In this document: piece after piece, positions 52,004 through 64,000 of the stretch
Numbering within the stretch: the stretch's first letter is position 1
How the letters are laid out: every line of letters starts with the position of its first letter
DNA from: Hypanus sabinus
Lineage: Eukaryota
Direction: 5' to 3'
Assembly (NCBI RefSeq): GCF_030144855.1
Contig: NC_082722.1
Location: 26,598,001 to 26,662,000, forward strand
Length of the DNA stretch: 64,000 nucleotides
The notes under the pieces: generated by a model
Told to the model about the DNA's origin: nothing
Seen by the model: the letters and a program-made list of their open reading frames with translations, nothing else
The model's database searches: none
Position numbers and translations under genes: made by a program

Positions 52004-52653
52004 GTACGATGATGCTTTGACGAAGTCATGATGTTGGGTCATGGAGATCGGCATGTTCAGAATCTTTTGCGCTCAATATAAGATGGAGGAGTTTACAAGT
52101 GATAGTGGTGGGGTCAATGTGACCAAGTAAGAACAATAACTGAACAGCTACCACGGAAGAATGAGTAATTTTAAAGATCAGTAATTGACAGTGAATAGTA
52201 AACGTGAAAATTGTTCAAAAGCTTATGTGTTGTACCCGCCGGTGTAAAACGTGCAGCACGAATGATGAAATTGAAATCGTGCAATAGTTGTAAGGTTGCA
52301 ATCTTCTCGACATTTGCTAAAAATATGACAAAGAGTCTCTCCCTCAGGGTGCCTGTCAGTTTCAGCTACATCCTGGAACAAGATAGGCTGGTGTCTTGAT
52401 TGCGTCCTGATGTAAGATCTCGGACCGAAATGCCGTTATTTTATTCCTCTGCTCATCTGCTACATACCTTCATTTTTTGTGTGTTACTCGGAATTTTGAA
52501 AATGCTCAGAATCTCTAGTGCTCCGGGCAAGATGGAAACGTTTCCAAATGTTACAGGTGTTTCGATCAAATATGTTCGAGAATAGTCACAGAAAGGCTAC
52601 CCAAACACGGAAGAAGGGCGAAATTTCCAGATTACTTGATTGCAGTGAACATT

Positions 52654-55233
52654 TCTTCTTTCTCAATCTTTTTTATTAAGGTTCGAATTAATAAACATAA
52701 CAACGATAATAATACAAAGAGATCGGGATTACATTACTAACGGTCAACGCATACAAACACAAACTCCGAGTAACATGTGTAATCTAAGCCTCCCAATCTC
52801 TTAATAACTGAACATGAAAAATATTCAAAAACTTTTACACAAAAAAACCAAAAGTCGACCTAAACTAAAAAAAAAACCCAAAAAACAAGACTAAACGAAA
52901 CAAAAGCTGGGCTGCCGTGTTTCATCAGTAAATTATTAGTTGTTCTTAACTCCGCTCCTCTATACATGAGCAGAGGGTTATTGAGAGGGATTCGGAAATG
53001 GTCAGCTGATATTATATGATAATGTTGAATAGAGACCACCAAGTTTCTTCAAATTTAACCACAGAATCAATAGTGCCACTCCTAATTCTTATTAGGTTTA
53101 AACATGTTATTCTTTGGGAAAACCACTGATATGTAATAGGGTGTTTCGAATCTTTCCATTTAAATAAAATAGAACTTCTGACTATTAATGTAACAAAATG
53201 CAACCAAACAGCAAGTTGAAGTGGATAAATGACTAGAGTCCACTAGGGGTAATCCAAAAATTGCAGTAATAGGATGAGGTAGTAAATCAATGTGCAAAAC
53301 TACTGAAATATTATCAAAAATGTCTTTCCAATATTTTTCTAGATGAGTACATGACCCGAACAGATGTGTCAAAGAAGTTACTTCCGAATTACATCTGTCA
53401 CAGACAAGATTTATTTGACAATAAAAACGAGCTACTTATCCTTAGACATACGGGCCACATGAACCACGTTAAATTGTATCAAAGCGTCCCTAGCAAAAAT
53501 TGAAGGTGAGTTAACTGGTTGGAGAATTTTCTCCCATTTCTCTGTAAGAAGTTCTCTTTCCTAATCATTCTTAATTTTATCAGATCTACCCAGACGTACT
53601 TTCACAATCAGATCATAAATGATTGTCATTAAACTCTTCTGAAATGGGTTTAAACCTAATTTTGTTTCTGCAATTTCAGTTTGATGTGGTATCAGAAAAG
53701 TAGGTAAAATAACTTTCAAAGAGTTTCTAATCCAGGCATGGGCAAACTACGGCCCGCGGGCCATATGCGGCCCGTTAAGCTTTTTAATCCGGCACGCAGA
53801 ACTTGATGAAATTATATTAATAAACCTTGTTAACGTTTTTTCCCCGCAATTCTGGCGTTTTTCCAATAGATGACGCACTGTATATACATTGATCTTTGTT
53901 GAGGTGCAGCGTATTACTCCACATTTGCGCTTTACTCTTTGTTCGGCTCGACCTATTTGTGTGAACAGGCGTTCAGCGTCATGAACATCAACAAAGCCAG
54001 CCAATGATCCAAGTTAACTGACCAACACCTCAGATCCATCCTGAGAATCGCCACAACAAAACTAAATCCAGACTTTGATGCGCTGGCTAAAAAGGGAGAC
54101 CAACAACACTGTTCCCACTGAAATTAAAAATAACTTTCTTCGTTGTGTTATGTAAAAAATGCATTTGAAAATATTTTTTTTCAATAAGCCTTACATTTTA
54201 CATGTCATTTCTGTTAAGTGATGGACATGAGCAGTGCGCAGGTGCACGTACGTTCCCAAAATAAAAAATGCTCTCCAAATTAAATAACGCGCACTGCATA
54301 CTGGCGCGCTGTCACTGTTCTGTCTTTGTGCTGGTCGTTGTTGAGTTTTGGCACAGGGGACAATTGAATAAGAAGGAGCAGGACAAGTAGACCTGCATCT
54401 CCTACCGTTTTTGAAATAAAGACAGTCAGGGGGAGAGTGATGATGATAATATCTTGAAGGATAACAGAATTTTCAGTGCTTTAAAATAATAACTGTTACT
54501 ATTAAAAAAGCTGTATTTTATTCATTTAATTTTCAGTGTTTTAAAAGTCATTTCAATAAATAGCTAAATACCATGGGACTTCAAAGACAGATATTTTGTT
54601 GTAATGCATTTGTTCATTTTCAATGGAAATTAAAGCACATGTTTTCTACATATCCCATGATATTTTATTTTCTCTTATGAGGTGTATTAACAAAACACTC
54701 CGTCCATCTGCTCCTGGTCCGGCCCCCCTGTCAAATTTTAGAACCCTTTGTGGCCCACAAGTCAAAAAGTTTGCCCACCCCTGTTCTAATCTGTAAATAT
54801 TTGAAAAAATGAGATCTAGGCAAATTATATTTATTAGACAACTGTTCAGATGATATGCGACAGGCTTCCATAAATAAACCACGAAAACATGTTATTCCCT
54901 TCGTTTTCCATAAATTAAAACTTGATCAGATCTGGATGGTTGGAAGAAGAATTGGAGATAATAGAACTTGAGAGAATAAATTTATTGAATCCAAAAAATT
55001 TGCGATATTGAAACCATATTCGTATTGCATGTTTAGTTATTGGACAAGTCGTTTGTTCATTCAGTTTAATAAATGCAAAGGAAAGCGAGGCCCCAGAAAT
55101 AGAAGCGAATGAGAACCCCTGTACTGACTCGCACTCGAGTTTTTCTCAACGTAGACATTGAATTTCATCCGAATCTTTGTCCAGAACGTTAACTATAGAA
55201 GATTAATGGACCAATAATAGAATCTAAAGTTCG
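52654..55233 (-). mobile_element. 5'-truncated L1 LINE (ORF2 C-terminal region), interrupted by hAT copy 2
   Basis: QLSNKYNLPRSHFFKYLQIR continues across the hAT into WEKILQPVNSPS...LIQFNVVH, THLFGSCTHLEKYWKDIF and ILFKWK; T-rich 3' tail at about 52655-52680; site empty near 30385. Confidence 0.85.
53733..54783 (+). mobile_element. Non-autonomous hAT (Buster/Charlie-type) transposon, copy 2
   Basis: TIRs caggcatgggcaaact / agtttgcccacccctg; perfect 8-bp TSD ttctaatc; 53939-54121 reads LFGSTYLCEQAFSVMNINKASQ*SKLTDQHLRSILRIATTKLNPDFDALAKKGDQQHCSH*. Confidence 0.95.
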
Positions 55234-56232
55234 GCATTCAATGTGAATGGTGCTTAAAAACAAATGTCTTATACCCTCAGTCTAAATCGTGTCGGATGAA
55301 GTAAGTAGTTGATTTCGTGTTGTACGTGTAAGTTAAACTTTCGGACATTTGTCAAAGGTGAGACAATGCAAAACTTATACTCTAAATCGCATGGTGATAT
55401 AACAGAGGGGGAGAGCATTTGCTGGTGAGTGAAGGTGTACTTAATTGATATAGTTTTACCGGAAAAAATGTGGGCATGAGGCAAAATCAGTATCAAGGTA
55501 GGAATTCCTGAACACTGAGGCCTGACACTTAATTGCCACCTGGATCGAATACATAGGGAGCGAGACTGTGAACAGACTTTGACAAAATTCAGTTAGTGAG
55601 TAATTGCATTCTAGTAATAGTGGGCAACATAGTTCAAATGGATGACACGTGTTTATCTATGATTTCATTATGCTGTTTTCCATTAATTCGGGTTTGTCAC
55701 TCGGAAAGCGGTGGAAAACATAACAGTGGGAAAATACGTTTAATATGCTTGATACACATTCAGGAGGCTTAGAGGGTACAATGTTATGAACACATGAAGT
55801 TAGCGAGTAATATCAGCATGCAATGTGGAAGGGAATTATTGCTGCTCCGGGAATCCTTTGGGGAGTCTACAAGTTATACATAGGGTTTTCATTGGACTAA
55901 AAAATGTCCTTGACAGACATGACGTAAAAGGTTGAATCGAGATCAGACTTGTATTAGGTTAGATGATTACACGTCCAATTGATGTGCGGATATCTATTGT
56001 CAGGAGAAGTATAGGATTTAAAGCAGCCGAGCCTATTCTCAGTCTTAGTAAGTAGCTCGTCAGTCTCTGGAAAAACTAAAGCAGATTTGTTAGTTCTATA
56101 CTGTATATTCTGCCATTTTCCTATCAGTGTGTAGTGAGAATTGAAAGGGCCCTAGATGATAGCTTGTATTTTTGATTCCCATGTGTGGATTTGTTTTCAG
56201 ATGTATAAATGCTTCACAGTTACCTTTTCAAG

Positions 56233-56331
56233 GCGCTGATACCAGATTGATTCTCGCATGTGCAGTGGGCGGATCAGCAATTTTAATTCTGATAAAAATT
56301 TTGCTGAAGCTCAATCTAAAAAGAACGCACG
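56233..56331 (+). pseudogene. Transmembrane exon of the inverted paralog: (G)ADTRLILACAVGGSAILILIKILLKLNLKRTH
   Basis: Same 99-nt phase 1-1 exon with intact AG/GT; Ser and Lys substitutions inside the helix; its upstream C1 exon is disabled. Confidence 0.8.
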
Positions 56332-58142
56332 GTAAGAACACTGATCGCTGAGAACCATCACCTATATTTGCACAAAACAGAAGCGTAAATGACATTTAAC
56401 TTCAAAACAGTAAATTACATTTACAGAATGATTGGACATGAATTGCGATTTTCGAAGCCGGATTTCAGTGATATTATTTTGGCACAATACATGCTTGATC
56501 TTAAAATTCAACTATTTCACCAGTCCACTGGAAATAAGTTATATCTGATTTACGACTGTTGTTATATCTCTTTGGAGTTCTTCAAATGTCTTTTTTTTTT
56601 AATACAATGGCAGATCCGCATTTTGAAACGTAAGTGACTTGGCGGAGATCTAAACTCCCTCTGATTGTGTAAAGAACATTGACCGACTTATATACGTGTC
56701 ATTGGATTTAATTTCCATTTTCGTTGTCATACTTAAATACAGTACCGCTGCTGTTATGCTATTAACACTTTACAGCCTCGTTGAAAGTCTGAGCATAACA
56801 CCAGGTTAATGCAGAACACAATATATTAGCACGACTTTTACCAACAAATACTTTCTGAAAGATCCGCAACTTCAGCAGTTGCACTTACACGATTAGTTCG
56901 ATTGGTATCAAATAACTAAAGTGCAATGATTACAATGCAAATCATTTCTTTTTGATTTCTTTTCTGATGGGCGTAACACAAAATCTTTGGACAGATGACA
57001 GCATGAAGACCCGGTAGGTGAAGCGACTCGTCTGGTTACAGAACGGGACATTGGCATATCAAAGATATCATGCATCTATTTATTCCATAACAATTTGGAG
57101 CATAGTAGGGAAAATAAAACTATTTTCCCCGTCAAATATTTTTTTTTCAAGTATATATCCAAGATTTATTTGAATGTTTCTGTTGCATCTGCTTCCTGTA
57201 TCCTTTCAAGTATTCGACATCAGTTCATAGCCGGTTGGATTGGAAGTGAACAATTCGAACAATTCAGCACATATCTGAGACTGATAGAAACTACTAAATG
57301 CTGACTAACGAGAATCGCAGTTGACTGGACAATGGGAAAGTACAGTACTTGCACAAATCAATTCGTAACGAGTGTTTCATCTGACCTGACGGACAGTAAG
57401 CAAGGTAAAAATGTAACGAAATCTCGTTTTGTTGAAATGGCCTTCGCAATATTAAATGCAGTTTTAACCCGATCCGCAACAAAGATTCGCACAGCAGTGC
57501 GTAACCTGCAGTGGAATCGAATATACTTGAAACATAACCTTGTCGTATTTGTTGAACAATGGTAACCACATTTAAACGAAACTCCACATGGTACCTTCTC
57601 GTCCACGATGCTACGCTGAATGAGTATAATCCTCAATGTGGGAAGCAAAACCTAAAAGGGATAAAAGTATTGTTGTCTCCCATTTCAATTCAAAGCAGAA
57701 CATAATCCGCAGCTAACTACCGATTTTGGAAGGAGAACAAGCTGACGTTCCAGGCTGACTGTCCTTCCGCGTACTGCAACCTGTACGTTAACTATTTGTC
57801 TTCAACTGGTGGTTCCAGATCTATTAAAATTTTGTGTGTTCTATTTCTCTGCTTTACTTCATTTTTCCACCACTTTAATGTTTCGTTTTACTACCTGGAT
57901 TTATTTTCATGATAACATTTTTCTTCTTCTTGAGTTTAATTAATCACTTTCCCCAGTTTAACGCAATTAGTTTTAATTTTTCCTATCAACGTTAGGTGCA
58001 AATGAGCGACTGCAGTGACTATGATAAGGTAGTAATAAATGCATCACTATCTTCATTATGGTAGAATTCCACTAAAACTTCTACCAATATTCGTAACAGT
58101 TCCAGAAATGTAGGGCTACTTCTTACAGTAATTTCCAAGTTC

Positions 58143-59370
58143 TGTCAAGGTTCGGTCCGTGAAATCCGCATTCCAGTTCACTGTCCGGTCCAAGTTCCTT
58201 ATTCCAGGTTTTCCGGGTTTCCCCAGTTCTGTTGAGGCAGCTGATTCTTGTTTGGGCTTGTCTCGTTAATAGCTTCAATATCTAGCCTCTGGCTGCTGGA
58301 TTGTTTCTGTCCAAACACCTTGTCTATATCCCTCCCTTCACCTCCCTCCTGGTGCCTTTCCTTGCCTTGCCTTGCCTCGCCTCGCCTCGCATCGCCTCTG
58401 CCTGGAGCCTTGCTTTGCCTCGTTTCTGCCTGGATCCTTGCCTCGACTCGCCTTGTCTGGGTCTGGAGACTTGCCTCGCCTCGTCTTGCCTTGGCCTGGA
58501 GTTTTGCCTCGCCTTGCCGTGCCTTGGCCTGGAGTCTTGCCTCGACTCGCCTTGTCTGGGTCTGGAGCCTTGCCTCGCCTAATCTTGCCTTGGCCTGGAG
58601 TCTTGCCTCGCCTCGACTTGCGTTGCCTGGAGCCTTGCCTCGCTTCACCTTGCTTCTGCCTAGTGCCTTGCCATGCTTTGCCTGTGTCAGGAGCCTCGCC
58701 TTGTTTGGAATTGTCTGTCTGTGTCCACGCCTTCGCTGGGTAAGTCCGGCCATTTTGCCGCTAACTAGCGTTGGGAACAGTCTCGTCGTGTTCAGCGTTC
58801 TGTATTATGAGACCCGGCCCTACTTTCTGCACCAAAGGAGGGGTCCGAGTTCTGTGTTCTGTGTGATGAAAATCGGCCGTACGTCCTGTATCCAAGGAGC
58901 GGTCCCGGCTCAATGTTCTGTGTTCCCGTCATATCCATGTGCCTCGCCCAACACAGGAGTACATTGCCATCCCGGTGCTGGGATTCCCTCGCCCTGTGCT
59001 GGGGTTCCTTTGTCCTGTCCAGGAGTCTCACGTCCAGTCCTGTGCCTCTCCTCATCCGGTAACCTCGTCTTGTCCTCGCATGGTTCTGGAGTTCTAACCC
59101 AAGTCAAGATCCAGGTTATGGGTCCTTTTCCAGTCTCTGGCTCGGAGCCTAAGCCCAGGCTCCTAGTTCCCAGTTTCATGTCCTGGTTCCGCTATCCTCG
59201 TCAAGTCCTATCCCAGACATGGAATCCTTGTCTCGTCCAGGGCCTGTGTCATGTCCAGCGCCCTTTCTTGTCCACTTCCCTTGCTTCCTTCTCACGCCTA
59301 GTCCTGTTCCTGGTAGTTCAGTGTTTGTGTTTTGTATTTGGGTCCCCTCCCAAAGCCCCTCCCCATGACA
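58143..59370. mobile_element. Solo LTR with internal pyrimidine-rich tandem repeats
   Basis: TGTCA...TGACA termini; flanks agttc / agttg vs the empty site ccaagttgaagatg at about 27450-27465 on the opposite strand. Confidence 0.85.
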
Positions 59371-60107
59371 AGTTGAAGATGAAGCATTCATGATCAATTT
59401 TTACTATTACTTTATTACTCTGAAATGCTATGCCATTATTTCAGCAAAACAAGTGACATTTTTATTATTAACTGTAACGACTACGTCCATTGGTTCTACC
59501 TTCTTCGATCGCAATTTAAGTGATTTACCAGCAATACCAACCAAATCAACAGAGGCCCAGAATGTCTCTCCCCTGTTTCCGGCACGAGTTAAGCGAGACT
59601 TAACATCAAGACTCACCATTTGCTCCAATATCCTTAACTTAAATGATGTGAGTGGTAAGGGTCACAGTTTCAGTTTGCAGCGCAGGGACGAATTCTGATC
59701 AGGGCAATGATTACGATAATTCGACGCATGCGTAAAAGATAGACAATGGGCCTGTGCCCAAGCACAGAAATTAGAGCGATGTAAGAAATAGACCTAGGCG
59801 ATGAAAAAACAAATGGCAAGAACTGAGAACCCCATCCTATTCCTAAGATTTGGAAAATCTAAACATGGCGACTTCCAGCCTGAAACGGTTGAGATCCTGC
59901 CTCCGGTACGATGTATGGACAGTATCATTGTTCGCAGACAAAATGTTTTTCCAACAATATGTTAATCCTTGGTGTGAGGTTTTACAATGTAATTCAGTGT
60001 ATGATCACTGAGCTCTGCATTAGTAAGATGTAATAAATATGTTTTTCTTGACAGGCTGAAAAAGCACTGGTTGAGCACTCCTCTGCCTATGCTTCAATAA
60101 ACCATTA

Positions 60108-63100
60108 TAGACAATAGACAATAGGTGCAGAAGTAGACCATTCGGCCCCTCGAGTCTGCACCGCCATTCTGAGATCATGGCTGATCATTCACTATCAATA
60201 CCCAGTCCCTGCCTTGTCCCCATATCCCTTGATTCCCCTATCCATCAGATATCTATCCAGCTCCTTCTTGAAAGCATCCAGAGAATTGGCCTCCACCGTC
60301 TTCCGTGGCAGTGCATTCCACACCTCCTCAACTCTCTGGGAGAAGAAGCTCTTCCTCAACTCTGTTTTACATAACTGACCTCTTATTCTCAATCCATGCC
60401 CTCTGGTACTGGACTCTCCCAACATCTGGAACATATTTCCTGCCTCGATCCTATCAAATCCTTTTATTATCTTAAACGTTTCAATCAGATCCCCTCTCAA
60501 TCTCCTCAATTCCAGCGTGTACAAGCCCAATCTCTCCAATGTCTCTGCATAATACAGCCCTGCCATCCCAGGAATCAACCTAGTGAATCTACGCTGCACT
60601 TCCTCAATTGCCAGAATGTCCTTCCTTAAACCTGGAGACCAAAACTGTACACAATATTCCAGGTGTTGTCTCACCAGGGACCTGTACAAATGCAAAAGGA
60701 CATCCTTGCTCTTGTATTCAATTCCCCTTGTAACAAAGGCCAACATTCCATTTGCCCTCTTCACTGCCTGTTGCACTTGCTCATTCACCTTCATTGACTG
60801 GTGAACTAGGACTCCAAGGTCTCTTTGCATTTCTCCCTTACCTAACTCTACACCGTTCAGACAATACTCTTCCCTCTTGTTCCTGCTTCCAAAGTGGATA
60901 ACATCACATTTATTCACATTGAATGACATCTGCCAAGTATCTGCCCACTCACTCAGCCTATCCAAGTCTCCCTGTATTCTCCTAACGCCCTCTTCGCATG
61001 TCACACTGCCACCCAGTTTAGTATCGTCAGCAAACTTGCTGATATAGTTTTCAATACCCTCATCTAAATCACTGACATAAATCGTAAAGAGCTGTGGTCC
61101 CAATACAGAGCCCTGTGGTACCCCACCAGTCACCTCCAGCTAGTCCGAGAAACACCCATTCACTGCTACCCTTTGCTTTCTATCTGCCAACCAGATTTCT
61201 ATCCATGTTGAAACCCTGCCCCCAATGCCATGAGCTCTGATTTTACTCACCAATCTCCTATGTGGCACCTTATCGAATACCTTCTGAAAATCTAGGTACA
61301 CAACACCCACTGGCTTACCCTCGTCTAACATCCTTGTTACACCCTCAAAAAACTCCGACAGATTAGTCAAGCATGATTTGCCCTTGGTAAATCCATGCTG
61401 GCTCGGCCTAATCCTATTTCTGCCATCTAGATGTGCCACTATTTCGTCCTTAATAATGGACTCAAGCATCTTCCCCACGACTGACGTTAGGCTAACAGGG
61501 CGATAGTTCTCCGTTTTCTCCTTCCCTCCCTTCTTGAAAAGGGGGACAACATTAGCCACTCTCCAATCTTCAGGAACTGATCCTGAATCTAAGGAACATT
61601 GGAAAATGATTACCAATGCATCCGCAATTTCCTGAGCCACCTCTTTTAGAACCCTCGGATGCAAACCATCTGGACCCGGGGATTTATTAGCCTTCAGTCC
61701 TACCAGTCTACTCATCACAGTTTATTTCCTAATGTCAATCTGTCTCAATTCCTCTGATATCTTATGACCCTGGCTCATCCATACATCTGGGAGATTGCTT
61801 GTGTCCTCCCTGCTGAAGACAGATTTAAAGTACGCTTTAAATTCTGTTGCCATTTCCCTGTTTCCCATAACAATTTCTCCCAATTCATTCTTCAAGGTGC
61901 CAACATTGTTCTTAACTACCTTCTTTCTCTTCACATAGCTAAAAAAGCTTTTGCTATCCCCTTTCATATTCCTGGCTAGACTGAGCTCATACCTAATTTT
62001 TTCTCTCCGTATTGCATTTTTAGTTAAGATCTGCTGTTACTTAAAACTTTCCCAATCATCTGTATTCCCACTCATCTTAGCCCTGTCATACTTCTTTTTC
62101 TTTAATGCTATACAATCTCTGACTTCCTTTGTCAACCACTGTGGCCCCTTCCCCCTCTTTGAATCCTTCCTTCTCATTGGAATGAACTGCTTTTGCATCT
62201 TTTGTATTATGCCCAAGAATATCTGCCACTGCTGATCCACTGTCTTTCCTGCCAGGGCATCCGCCCATTTAACTTTGGCCAGCTCTTCCCTCATGGCTCC
62301 GTAGTCTCCTTTATTTAATTGCAACACTGACACCTCTGATCTGCCCTTATCCCTCTCAAATTGTAGATAAAAATTTATCATGTTATGATCACTACTTCCT
62401 AATGGCTCCTTTACTTCAAGATCACTTATCAATTCCTGTTCATTACATATCACCAAGTCCAAAATAGCCTCGTTCCTGGTTGGCTCAAGCACAAGCTGTT
62501 CCAAAAATACATCCCTTAGACTCTCCACAAACTCCCTATCCTGGGGTCCAGCACCTACCTGATTCTTCCAGTTCACCTGCATGTTGAAATCTTCCATAAT
62601 GACTGCATTACCTTTAGCACATGCCAATGTTAACTCCCTAATCAACTTGTACCCAATGTCCACGCTACTCTTTGGGGGCCTGTACACAACACCCATTAGG
62701 GTCTTTTTACCCTTACTGTTCCTCAGCTCAATCCACACAAACTCTACTTCCCCTGTTCCCAAGTCACCTCTTGCTAAGGACTGAATCTCATTCCTCACCA
62801 ACAGGGCCACCCCACCCCCTCTTCCCATAATTCTGTCTCTACGATAGCACGTATACCCTGGTACACTCAATTCCCAGGCCTGATCCCCTTGCAGCTATGT
62901 CTCCGTTATCCCAACTATATCGTAGTTCCCCATTTTCATCTCTTGCTTCAAGCTCATCTGTCTTATTTCTGACACTACGCGCATTCAAGTATAGAATTCT
63001 TAGCCCATTCCTCCTCTCTTTGCTTAAAACTTTGTCTACTGTACCTAACCCAGCTTCTTGAACTTCCATCGGGCAAATTGCACCCTGAATTTTGATGACC

Positions 63101-64000
63101 TTCTCAAGATCACCCAAACCTTCTACACATTTAACCCCATGCACCTTCTGACCAACCCTCTGGATCTGGATCCCTGCCCCATGCACATCTAGTTTAAACA
63201 CCCCCCGAGCAGCACTGGCAAATACTCCTGCAAGAATGTTAATACCCCTCCGGTTCAGATGTAGACCGTCCCTTCGAAACAGATCTCAATGTCCCTGGAG
63301 CAAAGACCAATTATCCAAAAACCTGAACCCTTCCTTCCTGCACCATGCTCTCAGCCTCGTAATAATCTGCATAATCATTCTATTCTTCGCCTCACTCGCA
63401 CGTGGCACAGGTAGCAATCCCGAGATTGTCACCCTGGAGGCCCTGCCTTTCAGCTTCACTCCTAACTCCCTGAACTCTCTAAGCAGGACCCTCTCACTCA
63501 CCTTACCTACATCGTTGGTCCCTACATGGACCACTACATCTGGGTTCATGCCCTCATCCTCAAGAATAGCATGCACCCGATCTGAGATGTACCGGACCCT
63601 GGCACCAGGGAGGCAACATACCATCCGAGACTCCAGATCCGCCCCACAAAATCTCCTATCTGCCCCCCTAACTATAGAGTCCCCTAAAACTATCGCTCTC
63701 TTCTCTTCCCTCCTCCCCTTTCTAGTTGAGGGTTCAACCTCTGTGCCAGAGGCAGGACCACTACAACTCATTCCTGGTAGGTCATCCCCATCAACAGTAT
63801 CCTGTACGGTATACTTATTGTTAATGGGAATGGCCGCAGGGGTGCTCTGCTCTCTCTGCCTGCTCCCCCTGCCTCTCTGGACCGTCACCCATCTGCCTAT
63901 TTCTTGGTTTTTTAGTGTGACTACCTCCTGATAACTCCTATCTATCTCTGCCTCCACCTCCCGAATGATCCGTAGTTCATCCAGCCCCAGCTCCAACTCC
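60108..64000 (-). mobile_element. Young CR1 LINE running off the window: ORF1 (SGNH esterase) and ORF2 (APE endonuclease and RT) with few lesions
   Basis: ORF1 63286-63996 VLGDSIVRGADRRF...VHVGTND; EN 62037-62870; RT 60195-61718 with YLDFQKVFDKVPH and [10 protein letters not shown]; (CTATTGT)n tail at about 60108-60124. Confidence 0.96.

Larger units (their letters stand above)
50360..60100. repeat. Right arm of the inverted segmental duplication
   Basis: Reverse complement of 26.74-33.68 kb, plus private L1, hAT and LTR insertions. Confidence 0.9.

Noticed and set aside
49821-53732. Inversion between the twin hAT elements
   Set aside because: Current TSD pairing needs one mismatch vs two if swapped, and exon and intron order stays collinear with the left arm.
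58248-59393. 381-aa ORF and overlapping ORFs
   Set aside because: They lie within a solo LTR and derive from low-complexity tandem repeats; no recognisable domain.

Overview
Repeat-dense vertebrate genomic DNA. The CR1, Penelope-derived, Rex1, L1 and Tc1 repeat content points to a cartilaginous fish, probably a ray (inference). The only host coding content I can support is a small multigene family of non-rearranging, antigen-receptor-like Ig-superfamily genes. One copy looks intact on the minus strand: leader exon 36486-36540, germline-fused V-J exon 35994-36299, C1-set exon 30653-30946 and transmembrane exon 29303-29401. All junctions are GT-AG and phase 1, and no RSS is visible; the cytoplasmic exon(s) are unresolved. 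Three disabled relatives surround it: a tandem leader+VJ pseudogene at 6.6-7.1 kb, an inverted C1+TM pseudogene at 51.7-56.3 kb with no V that I could find, and an exon-less remnant of the upstream region at 17.6-24.5 kb. The rest is nested mobile DNA: several CR1 LINEs, Rex1-like and L1 fragments, Penelope-derived repeats, two near-identical Buster-type hAT elements, Tc1/mariner elements and two related solo LTRs. Identity estimates are by eye and most repeat boundaries are approximate.
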